Source: Candidatus Eiseniibacteriota bacterium (GTDB lineage: Bacteria > Eisenbacteria > RBG-16-71-46 > CAIMUX01 > VGJL01). From it: a DNA stretch of 64,000 nt. A model generated the notes under the pieces. That model was not told the DNA's origin and did not search any database. It saw nothing but the letters and a program-made list of their open reading frames with translations. Made by a program: the position numbers and the translations under genes. The stretch spans positions 64,001-128,000 of the forward strand of contig JBHGAY010000002.1 of assembly GCA_041946735.1 (NCBI GenBank). The letters are read 5' to 3'. Each line of letters begins with the position of its first letter. The stretch's first letter is position 1. Below, one piece after another: positions 1 to 8,319 of this stretch.

Positions 1-1201
1 AGGCGTCTTCGCCGGCTCGTGCCGCGATCCGAAGCGCGCCGGGAACGGGCAGGCGCCGCCACGGTGCAGCGAGCGCGAGCGAGACGCTCGTGTATGAGGA
101 GCCGATCGTTGCCCGCGCGTCGAGCCAGCCCGACCTCGCGGGGAGGACCGACCCGGTCAGCCGCGCCGCGGCGCGGCGCGACCCGGAGAGCACGGTAGCG
201 GCGAGCCGCGCGCGCAGGCCTGCGAGGGAGCGATCCAGGCGAAGGTCGGCTCGCGCTGCCGCTCCATCTCGACGACGCCCGAGCGACAGGGCGGCGCCGG
301 CATCGATGCGCTGCTGTCGATCCTGGAAGCAGAACGAAGCGATCGGTGGACAGCCGGAGGGCCTCTCGAGACGAGCCGAGACGTGCAGTCCGGCCGGCGC
401 GAATCCGATTCCGCCACCGGCGCCGCGCCCCGGGCGCATCCCGGCCCAGAGGACGGTGCCGCGGCCGCGCTCCCGGAGGAGCAGAAAGCCGGGCGTCCCC
501 CCTCCCTCCCCTTCTTCGCGCCAGAGTCCCGCGAGAAGGCCCGGGAGGGAGAAAGCCGCCCCGGCAACGGCGCGGTCCTCGCGAAAGACTCCCGAAGGTG
601 CGCAGAGAACACGGGGCGACGCGGATGCGAGCGGGTCGGCCCAGGGATCGCCGCCGCGGACTCCGAGACGCACGGTTCCGGCACGCGCACGCCAGGGCGG
701 GCGCACGCCACGCGCGATCGCAAGCGGGTCGGCGGCCATCTCGATCGCTGCGTGCGTGAGTCGCGAGGAACGCCCGCCGCTGCCCTCGCTCGCGATCTCT
801 GCACGAACACGCCCGGCGGCGACCACCGTGCGGGACGCAATTCGCGCGCGAGAGCCGGCCGGACGCAACAGCGAGAGCCGTGCCGACCCGCGCCCGCCGG
901 CCGATTCATCCGGGAGGTCGAAGCACGGAAGCCACTGCAGCAACCTCTCGCGCGGGATCCCCGTGCGGTCGAGACGCTCTTTCAGGTCTCCGGGTCCCGG
1001 CCCGGCGATGGACAGGATCGCCTCGATCTCTTGCGGCAGGATCCCGGGAAGTCGCGCAACTTCGGCCGGATCCGGATCGAGGAGATCGATGCGCGGCGCG
1101 GTCTCGATCGATTCGCCCGGACGAGCGGGCGACGGCGCCAGGAAGACGGCGACGAGCAACGTCGCGACACCAGCGCGGCCGGGCCTCAGTCGAATGCGCA
1201 C
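1..1201 (-). CDS. Helix-hairpin-helix (ComEA-like) domain envelope protein, 3' end outside window
   Basis: Not in the ORF track because it runs off the edge. Read by hand from GTG 1201: VRIRLRPGRAGVATLLVAVFLAPSPARPG (signal-like), then RIDLLDPDPAEVARLPGILPQEIEAIL (HhH-like). Overlaps the stop of the upstream gene. Confidence 0.55.
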   Translation of the reverse strand, partial: MRIRLRPGRAGVATLLVAVFLAPSPARPGESIETAPRIDLLDPDPAEVARLPGILPQEIEAILSIAGPGPGDLKERLDRTGIPRERLLQWLPCFDLPDESAGGRGSARLSLLRPAGSRARIASRTVVAAGRVRAEIASEGSGGRSSRLTHAAIEMAADPLAIARGVRPPWRARAGTVRLGVRGGDPWADPLASASPRVLCAPSGVFREDRAVAGAAFSLPGLLAGLWREEGEGGGTPGFLLLRERGRGTVLWAGMRPGRGAGGGIGFAPAGLHVSARLERPSGCPPIASFCFQDRQQRIDAGAALSLGRRRDGAAARADLRLDRSLAGLRARLAATVLSGSRRAAARLTGSVLPARSGWLDARATIGSSYTSVSLALAAPWRRLPVPGALRIAARAGEDA

Positions 1202-2103
1202 TGCACTCCCCATCGAGTGCCGAGGGACGATGCCGGCTCCGACCAGATGCCGACACGAAGCCGGTCGCGCACGCGGATCTCGAGCGCCGGGGCGAGCGAG
1301 AGATCGGGAAGCCGCACGATCTGCACGAGGCGGATGCCTTGCGGACCCCACCACGAGATGCCCGCGCGCGCGGCGGGCGCCCGCGCGGGAGCGGGCGAAC
1401 CCACGGCCCATGCGATCGCCGATTCAACCGCGAGCGTCGGCGCAAGCGGCACCGATGCCGACCCGACGAAGCGCGAAACGGGAGCGCTCGACTGCGTGGG
1501 GCCGATCGCCATATCTTGTGCGACTGCGGCAAAGCGGAGTGGCCCGGCGCGCAAGGTCCCGCCGAATGTGAAGGCCGCGCCCTCGCGTGCCCGCGCGCGA
1601 TCTCCCCAGGCGACTCTCCAAAGTCGTACGCCGGCGCAGAGGGGCCCGCGGCGGCACGAAACGCCGGCCGCCTCCTCTCGATAGAGGTCTTCGCACGCAA
1701 GCGTGAACGCCTCGATCTGCCACGCGGTCTTCCTGCGGCGCAGGCCGAGAGTCGCGTGACCCCAGGAGAGCCCGGCCAGCTGCGCGGGCTGCGCGAAACC
1801 GAGGGAGGCGGTCCATCCCCCTTTTGTCGCGTCTCGCGCGCCGCTCGCGAACGCGTCGTCGGAGAGGATCCAGCCCCAGTCGCCCATCGCCGCCGGCGCG
1901 CGGCCGGGGATCGTCTCGAAGCAGGCCGACACGCGCGATCCCGGTATCGAGAGGAAGAGGGCGAGAGCGAGAGCGAGGACGCGGAGCCCGAGCCTCCGTC
2001 GCCTTCCCGGATCGCTCGCCGTCGCGGCCTCGGCGATCGGCGCCATCGTCGCCACCGTCGCCCTCGTCGCCACCGTCGCCCTCGTCGCCACCGTCGCGCT
2101 CAT
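1186..2103 (-). CDS. Putative outer-membrane beta-barrel (PorV/PorQ-like)
   Basis: ATGA overlap at 2100-2103, hydrophobic signal segment, CFETIPGRAPAAMGD resembling the GARAxAMG N-terminal motif of FadL/PorV barrels, alternating beta-strand pattern, ends VQCAFD. Confidence 0.45.
   Translation of the reverse strand: MSATVATRATVATRATVATMAPIAEAATASDPGRRRRLGLRVLALALALFLSIPGSRVSACFETIPGRAPAAMGDWGWILSDDAFASGARDATKGGWTASLGFAQPAQLAGLSWGHATLGLRRRKTAWQIEAFTLACEDLYREEAAGVSCRRGPLCAGVRLWRVAWGDRARAREGAAFTFGGTLRAGPLRFAAVAQDMAIGPTQSSAPVSRFVGSASVPLAPTLAVESAIAWAVGSPAPARAPAARAGISWWGPQGIRLVQIVRLPDLSLAPALEIRVRDRLRVGIWSEPASSLGTRWGVQCAFD
2045..2098. repeat. 18-bp tandem repeat x3 (encodes ATVATR)
   Basis: cgtcgccaccgtcgccct repeated directly. 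Confidence 0.85.
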
Positions 2104-3995
2104 CGCGACGACCCGGGCGGAGCGACGGCGATCGCAGCGCGTCGCGCCTGCTCGCGCTTGCCCGCGCGCTCCATCTCCAGCACGACGACGTAGAGCCCCG
2201 GCCTGGCCGGGCGCGACTGCTCGTCCGTTCCGTCCCAGAATGCGACCAGACGGCCGGCAACCTTGAGGCCGCTCAAGAGACAGCGGCGCGTGGCGCCACA
2301 GAGGTCGAGGATTCGCAGGTCGACGGTCGCCGGCTCGGAGCCGATCTCCGCCTGGATTTCGCACCGGTCCTCGCCAGGCGACAAGACGCGCGGCCGGACG
2401 GCGATCCCTTCCGCAGCGGCGATCGGATCACGCGACGGAGAGCCGAGCGCTCCCGGGCTGCTCCCCGCCGGATCCGTGCAGGCGATCCAGTCGGAGGGCG
2501 ACTCCGCCGATCCCGATCCCCAGCGCTCGAGCGAGATCCCTGCGGCCGGCGAGGGGCCCGGCATCGCCGCATCGAGAACGATCCCCCGAGCATCCCGGAG
2601 TCGGATCGTGTCGGCGATCCCTCCGTCGCTCGCGTCGTTTCGCAGGCGCGGCCAGCTCCCTTCGTACGAGAGCAGCCGCGCGGCATCGAGGCCCGGATGG
2701 GCGGCGAGCATCCGCAGGGAATCCTCGGCGACGAGCGCGACGGCGCCGCCTTCCGCGCTCGAGTCGGCGGCGAAGCGAGCACGGGCGGCCTCGGTGGGGC
2801 GGATCGAGCGGCCTCTCACCTCGATCGAGAATTCGAGGATTGCCGCACCGGCCCGCCGGCCCCCGACACCGAACGCACCCGGCGCAGCGACCGTCGAATC
2901 GGGCGGTTGTCGGGGCGAGGCGAGAGCAATCTCGATCCATTCGCAGCCATTCTCGTGCGGCCTCGCCATCACCTCGGTCACCCGCACCGGGGCCGCTCCG
3001 ACTCCGACGCGAAGCGTATCCGCATCGTTCTCCGGAACCGGGTCCCGGCTCGCGATGCGCACCGTCCATCGGGTTTCCCCCGGATCGCTGGGCGCCCGGA
3101 GACGCACCACGCGCTCGCGCTCCTCTCCCGGCTCGAGCGTTTCCCCGAACCCGACGACGACCGCCCCGGCGCCCTGCGTCTCGAGCTCGACGTCGGGCGC
3201 TGGACCCCGAAAACGTCCGCGATTCGTCACCGCGATCCTCGCTACGACCTCCGCCCCCTCGCGCGGCCGCTCGGGAGAAATGGCGAGCCAGCGAGCCGAC
3301 CAGTCCTCGTCGGGACGGTTCGGCCGCCCGGGACTCGGTCGCGCGGACTCGAAGTCGGCGGAGTTGTCGTCGGTGTCGATGCCGTCGAAGCGGCGGGCGA
3401 GGCTGCAACCGGATCGAGCGGCGGGCGCGGGACGTCCCTCCACGAAGCTCGGATCGAGCGGAGCGCCATAGCCGATCCTGTCGAGCACGACGCCGTTCTT
3501 GCAGAGACGGATGGCGTCGGGACCGTTCTGCAGGCCGAGGTCCGCCTCCTCGCCTTGCCCCGGACCGGGCGCGCCGATGCGATAGAACCCGCCGGGTGGG
3601 ATCGCCCGCCCGCTGCCTCCTCGCCAAACCGTCTTCCATTCGCCCGGATGCGAGCCGTTGCCCGCCTCGACGGTGAGGCCGTCGAGCGGCGCGGCGAAGA
3701 CCGAGGTATTCACGAGCTCGACGAACTCCTGTCCCGCGTCCGGTCCGGCGGGATCGTAGAGCAGCTCGTTGACGAGGAGCGAAGCGTTCGAGCCCGCCGT
3801 CGCGACGAGGAGGCCCAGCGCGGCAACGAAGAGGCCCAGCGACGCAACCGCGAGCCTCCGGCGCACCAGGCCCGGACCGAGAGCGAGAGCGAGAGCGAAC
3901 GCGAACGCGAGAAGAGCGAGCGCGAGAAGACGACCGAACGCGAGAACACGAGCGAGCGCGAGCAAAACCGGATCCCTCCCTGCGCGGCGGCCCAC
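2100..3995 (-). CDS. Secreted lamin-tail-domain protein with CARDB-like and C-terminal FlgD-Ig domains
   Basis: LLVNELLYDPAGPDAGQEFVELVN and VTEVMARP..CEWIEI (two LTD-like starts), DPVPENDAD (CARDB-like), FWDGTDEQSRPARPGLYVVVLE (FlgD-Ig). Start uncertain. Confidence 0.75.
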   Translation of the reverse strand: MGRRAGRDPVLLALARVLAFGRLLALALLAFAFALALALGPGLVRRRLAVASLGLFVAALGLLVATAGSNASLLVNELLYDPAGPDAGQEFVELVNTSVFAAPLDGLTVEAGNGSHPGEWKTVWRGGSGRAIPPGGFYRIGAPGPGQGEEADLGLQNGPDAIRLCKNGVVLDRIGYGAPLDPSFVEGRPAPAARSGCSLARRFDGIDTDDNSADFESARPSPGRPNRPDEDWSARWLAISPERPREGAEVVARIAVTNRGRFRGPAPDVELETQGAGAVVVGFGETLEPGEERERVVRLRAPSDPGETRWTVRIASRDPVPENDADTLRVGVGAAPVRVTEVMARPHENGCEWIEIALASPRQPPDSTVAAPGAFGVGGRRAGAAILEFSIEVRGRSIRPTEAARARFAADSSAEGGAVALVAEDSLRMLAAHPGLDAARLLSYEGSWPRLRNDASDGGIADTIRLRDARGIVLDAAMPGPSPAAGISLERWGSGSAESPSDWIACTDPAGSSPGALGSPSRDPIAAAEGIAVRPRVLSPGEDRCEIQAEIGSEPATVDLRILDLCGATRRCLLSGLKVAGRLVAFWDGTDEQSRPARPGLYVVVLEMERAGKREQARRAAIAVAPPGSSR

Positions 3996-4108
3996 GCGGC
4001 CGCGCAGGAGAGGCTTTGGCAGGATCGATGCCGGGTGGCAGCGCCGCCCGGCGAGGCGTGCGACCCTTCCTCAGGGAAGCAGGCAGGACGGGATCGTACA
4101 GCCGAGCG

Positions 4109-6478
4109 TCAGGCGAGGCCGGTGCGCCGGCGCAGCACCCACTCGACCGACAGCACGACGACGAACGCGAGGAACAGCGCGAGGTGGTTCCACAGCTCGA
4201 TCTCGCGCACTCTCGTCATCTTGCGAACGAGATCGGGAAGGCGTGAGAGCAGCTCGTCGATGCCCGCGCGGTCGGTCGCCGTTCCGCCGCTCGCCGCGCC
4301 AATCTGCTCCATCGTCCCCGGGTCCGGCCGCAGGCGCGTGAACTCCGGCCCGTTGACGTCGACCCAGAAGCTCGCCGTGGACTTGCCGAGCGTCTGCGAT
4401 CCGTCGGAACTCTGCGCCTGCGCTTCGACGCGGTATGAACCGGGCGGCAGAGGATCGATGCGGCCGCCGTAGCTCCCTTCGGCGGAACCCGGGCGCAGCT
4501 CGAATGGCTGCGCGTCGACCGGCGGAGTGCCGGCGTCGGCAGCCACGACGCGCGCCGTCACGCGCGCTCCGGGAATGGGCGCGTAGCGTTCGTCCCAGAG
4601 GCGCGCAGCGAACTCGGGCGCATCGCCGTTCTGGAAGACGCCGCGGACCGGCTCGACGAGGAAGCGCTCGCGTTGCACCGGCTCGGCGAGCCAGCGGACG
4701 ATCCTCTGCGCGAACTCGGGAAACGGATCGGGCCCCTGCCGCACGTCGCCGTGCGGCAGGAAGTCCCAGCGCCAGAAGTCGCGCGCGTTCAGAGCGGCAA
4801 TCTTCCCCTCGCCGGCGAAGCCGGCGGCGAGGGCGGGCAGTCCTCCATCCGCCGAAGCGAAGCTCAGCAGGACCGGCGCCGACGGCTTCGCCCGTACCCT
4901 TCCGTTCCCGGGCCACACGGGCGGAAGCCCGGCCCAGACCGCATCGGCCCGCCGGCCTCCCTCCTCGAGCGCCGTGATCGGATGGGTCACGCCGGGCGTC
5001 TCGAGTCGGACGGTCGAAGGACGATCGAAGATCCCTCCGCCGGCCAGCTCCAGCGGCAGGAGCGGTTCGAGCGGCGTGCCGCGCAGCCGCGACAGGCCGC
5101 TGCGGCCCGCGAGGACGAGAACGCCGCCGCCTCTCTGCGCGTAACGCGCGAGTTCCGCGTAGAGCCCCGGGCCCGCGAGCGACGCGGGAACGTCGCCGAG
5201 CAGGATAGCCGCGTATTCGGACAAGTCCCCGAGGCCCACCATTCCGGCTCCGGCGGCTCCGGCGGCTCCCGCTGCTCCCGCGGCTCCGGCGGCCCCCGCA
5301 GCTCCGGCGGCTCCCGAAGCTCCGCGCCCCTCGGGCGCGCCCCCGGAGAACCAGCGTCCGTCTTTGCCGGCGACGAGGAATCGATACGCGAAGGAGCTGT
5401 CGGACTCGAGCGCGCGGCGAAGAAAGGCGTGATCCCAGTCGAGGGTGCCATCGAGCACGAGCACGCGCGTCTTGCGCTCGAGCACCTGAACCGCCACCGA
5501 CCGCGAATCGTTCTCGGGCACCGGATCGTTCGCCCCCGCGAGCTTGATCTCCCACCGCCGCATTCCGGGAGCGCCCGGGCGCACGTCGAGACGGATCGAC
5601 TGCTCTCGCTCCTCTCCCGCCTCGAGCGTGACGTTCTGCGTCGCGAGCAGCCGACCCTGATCCTCGACGCGGATCTCGACCGTCTTCCCGGCGAGCCCCG
5701 CGCTCGCGATCTCCACTTCCACCGGAGCCGGCTCGCCGGCGAAGGCGACCGGATTCGCGCGGACCTGCAGGATCCTCGCATCGGGAGGCGCAATGGGGGC
5801 GCCGACGCGAATCGGAAAGACCGGCACGCCGGTGGCGCGCGCGGCCCCGATCGGATCGATGCCGGACGTATTCGCCCCATCACTCACGAGGAGCACCGCG
5901 CCGACCGGCCGCGCGCCGCGCCGGCTCGCGATCCTCTCGAGCGCGGTGCCGATCGCCGTATTGCCGCCCGCATCCTCCCCGCGGCCATCCGCCGCCGCCG
6001 CTGTGCTGCTTCCCGCCTGCTCCCTCGGCTCCTTCGACCCCGCGGGACCGCCGGCCTCGTCCCCCACCGGAGGCCGCTCGCTCGGCACGAGCGAGCTGCT
6101 GAAACGAAACCAATCGAGGCGGTAGCGACCCGACAGCTTCTGCTCGATCGCTCCGACGATCTCCTTCGCCTCGTCGGCTCGTGATCGCTCCCCCGACACT
6201 CCCGCCGGAAGGGCCATGCTGGCGGAGGAGTCGACCAGGACGGCGAGGCCCGGCTTCCCGGGCTCCGGGAGCACGAGCGTCAGGATCGGCTCGGCGAGCG
6301 CGAAGAGGACGATCAGGAACGCGAGCCCTCGCAGCACGCGGAGCACGGTCCGGGTCGGCCGCTCGAGGGGTGCGAGCGTCCGGTAGTAGACGAAGATCGC
6401 GAGCGCAATCAGCACGGGAGCGAGGACGAGCCAGAGGGTGGCGTGTGAGGAAAGGAATTCCAGGGAGAATCGGCTCAT
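4109..6478 (-). CDS. Membrane protein with VWA and glutamine-amidotransferase-like (DUF1355-type) domains
   Basis: N-terminal TM helices, VLVDSSASM MIDAS motif, LLVSDG, GGGVLVLAG, C-terminal EWVLRRRTGL. Confidence 0.8.
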   Translation of the reverse strand: MSRFSLEFLSSHATLWLVLAPVLIALAIFVYYRTLAPLERPTRTVLRVLRGLAFLIVLFALAEPILTLVLPEPGKPGLAVLVDSSASMALPAGVSGERSRADEAKEIVGAIEQKLSGRYRLDWFRFSSSLVPSERPPVGDEAGGPAGSKEPREQAGSSTAAAADGRGEDAGGNTAIGTALERIASRRGARPVGAVLLVSDGANTSGIDPIGAARATGVPVFPIRVGAPIAPPDARILQVRANPVAFAGEPAPVEVEIASAGLAGKTVEIRVEDQGRLLATQNVTLEAGEEREQSIRLDVRPGAPGMRRWEIKLAGANDPVPENDSRSVAVQVLERKTRVLVLDGTLDWDHAFLRRALESDSSFAYRFLVAGKDGRWFSGGAPEGRGASGAAGAAGAAGAAGAAGAAGAAGAGMVGLGDLSEYAAILLGDVPASLAGPGLYAELARYAQRGGGVLVLAGRSGLSRLRGTPLEPLLPLELAGGGIFDRPSTVRLETPGVTHPITALEEGGRRADAVWAGLPPVWPGNGRVRAKPSAPVLLSFASADGGLPALAAGFAGEGKIAALNARDFWRWDFLPHGDVRQGPDPFPEFAQRIVRWLAEPVQRERFLVEPVRGVFQNGDAPEFAARLWDERYAPIPGARVTARVVAADAGTPPVDAQPFELRPGSAEGSYGGRIDPLPPGSYRVEAQAQSSDGSQTLGKSTASFWVDVNGPEFTRLRPDPGTMEQIGAASGGTATDRAGIDELLSRLPDLVRKMTRVREIELWNHLALFLAFVVVLSVEWVLRRRTGLA
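5243..5325. repeat. 9-bp degenerate tandem repeat encoding a (GAA)n peptide insert
   Basis: ccggcggct/ccgctgct-type units; protein reads GASGAAGAAGAAGAAGAAGAAGAAGAG. Confidence 0.85.
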
Positions 6479-6487
6479 ACGACCGCC

Positions 6488-7255
6488 CTACACCCCTGCC
6501 CGCCGTCCCGGTTCCTCCGGGATTCCGATCTCCTCGAGAAGGAGGGGCAGGACCGTGGCCGCTGTGCCTCGCAGCGAGATGTCCGCTTTCGCGGAATGGG
6601 GGGTGTCCTCCGGATTCACGTCGATCACGAACGCCCCCGCCTGGCGCGCCATGGCGGAGAACCCGGCGGCCGGATAGACGAGCCCCGAGGTTCCGACGAC
6701 GAGGCACACGTCGGAGGAGATCGCCGCCGCCATCGCCTTCTCGAGGAGATCGACGGGGAGCATCTCGCCGAACCAGACGACGGCCGGACGCAGCATCTCA
6801 CCGCACGAGCAACGGGGAACGGCAGCCCTGGGATCCTCCACCGGCTCGGCTCCGCAATTGCGGAAGCAGCGAGAGGCGAGGATGTCGCCATGGATCTCGA
6901 GGACGTTCCTGCTTCCGGCCCGCCGGTGCAAACGATCCACGTTCTGCGTGGCAAGGCAGAAGCGTTCGACTCCCCGCTCGAGGCGGACGAGCGCGTGGTG
7001 CCCGGCGTTCGGCTCGACGGTCGCGAGATGCGCGCGGCGCGAACGGTACCATCTCCAGACCATCTCGGGATCGCGAAGGAACCCCGCAGGACTCGCGATA
7101 TCCTCCGCTCGCCTGCCTTCCCAGAAGCCGCCCGAGCCGCGGAAGGTGGGAACGCCGCTCTCCGCGGAGATCCCCGCTCCCGTCAGGACGAACCAGGAGC
7201 GAGCGGCGCGCAGGCGGTCTCGCTGGGAGTCGGATGGCAATCGCGAGTCGCTCAC
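6488..7255 (-). CDS. cobB: NAD-dependent protein deacylase (class III sirtuin)
   Basis: GAGISAESGVPTFRG, TQNVDRLH, HG, RPAVVWFGE, VGTSGLVYPAA, WYRSRR (YxxR). GTG start overlaps the upstream TGA at 7252-7255. Confidence 0.95.
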   Translation of the reverse strand: MSDSRLPSDSQRDRLRAARSWFVLTGAGISAESGVPTFRGSGGFWEGRRAEDIASPAGFLRDPEMVWRWYRSRRAHLATVEPNAGHHALVRLERGVERFCLATQNVDRLHRRAGSRNVLEIHGDILASRCFRNCGAEPVEDPRAAVPRCSCGEMLRPAVVWFGEMLPVDLLEKAMAAAISSDVCLVVGTSGLVYPAAGFSAMARQAGAFVIDVNPEDTPHSAKADISLRGTAATVLPLLLEEIGIPEEPGRRAGV

Positions 7256-8289
7256 CCGCTCGTCTCCCCGCCTCCGCTCTTGCGCCCTCCGCTCCTCGCG
7301 GCCGGCGGAGCATCGCCGGATTTCACGGCGGGACCTCCCGCCTCGCGCCCACGGTCCGTCGCTGGACCGGGACGCGCGTCGCGCGGCGTCGGAGCCCCGC
7401 CCAGGCGCAGGCCCCAGCGAGTCACGCCGTAGCCGGCTTGAGCGGGCCGGCGGAAGTTGATCCATCCGATCAGGAGAAGATGCAGGGTGGCGGTCACGAA
7501 GAGCAGCGTGATCGTTCCCTCGAGGAGAATCAAGCGAGTCTCGGGCCAGTCCCAGGAGCCGCTGAGCATCAAGAGGATCACGGCCGCGCCGGTGACGATC
7601 CCGCTGCCGCGCCCGAACGGCGTCGGCTTGATCCAGATCCGGCCCCGCAGCAGATAGAGTCCGAGACATCCGCCGAGCAGAACGCCGTAGCGCAGCAGCA
7701 CCGCTCCCATCGTCACTTCTCCGATCCGGTCCCGCAAATAGAGCGGGATGAAGACGGCGAGCTGCATGCAGACGTCCCCGATCGGATCGAGCACGAAGCC
7801 GAGCCGGGTCTCCTCGTGCCGGCGTCGCGCCACGATGCCGTCTGCCACGTCCGTGAGCGCGATCAGCAGATACGCAGCGGTCGCCGCCACCCACTGCCGC
7901 TCCAGGATCAGCCACGCGAGCGTCGGCAGGAATCCGATGCGCAGGAAGCTGAGCACGTTCGCAGGGCCGACGCGCGCGACCGGATTGCCTGCGAGATCGG
8001 TGAGGAAACCGATGTTCAGCAGGACGACCCAGCAGACGATCGAGATCCAGAACAGGTGCGCGAGCACCAGAGCGAGCACGCCCCCGGCCGAGAGCAGCGC
8101 GGCCAGGGGAATGTCGACGGCGAGCGCGGCAAGCGAGAGCCAGAGGCCGGTCTGGATGACCGCGCGCATCCCCTCGGGATTCTGGCGGAACCCGACCTTT
8201 CCCCGGTCCCAGACGAACTGGGTGGCCTGGGAGATCCCCCAGCGGATCAGACCGCTCCGGATCCGCGCCCGGTTCCGCCCCCCGGTCAA
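7252..8289 (-). CDS. CDP-alcohol phosphatidyltransferase family protein
   Basis: ANVLSFLR and TDVADGIVARRRHEETRLGFVLDPIGD signature. Start uncertain (alternative ATG 8169). Confidence 0.9.
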   Translation of the reverse strand: MTGGRNRARIRSGLIRWGISQATQFVWDRGKVGFRQNPEGMRAVIQTGLWLSLAALAVDIPLAALLSAGGVLALVLAHLFWISIVCWVVLLNIGFLTDLAGNPVARVGPANVLSFLRIGFLPTLAWLILERQWVAATAAYLLIALTDVADGIVARRRHEETRLGFVLDPIGDVCMQLAVFIPLYLRDRIGEVTMGAVLLRYGVLLGGCLGLYLLRGRIWIKPTPFGRGSGIVTGAAVILLMLSGSWDWPETRLILLEGTITLLFVTATLHLLLIGWINFRRPAQAGYGVTRWGLRLGGAPTPRDARPGPATDRGREAGGPAVKSGDAPPAARSGGRKSGGGETSG

Positions 8290-8319
8290 TCGACTCCGAT
8301 CATCTGCATCGCGATTGCC

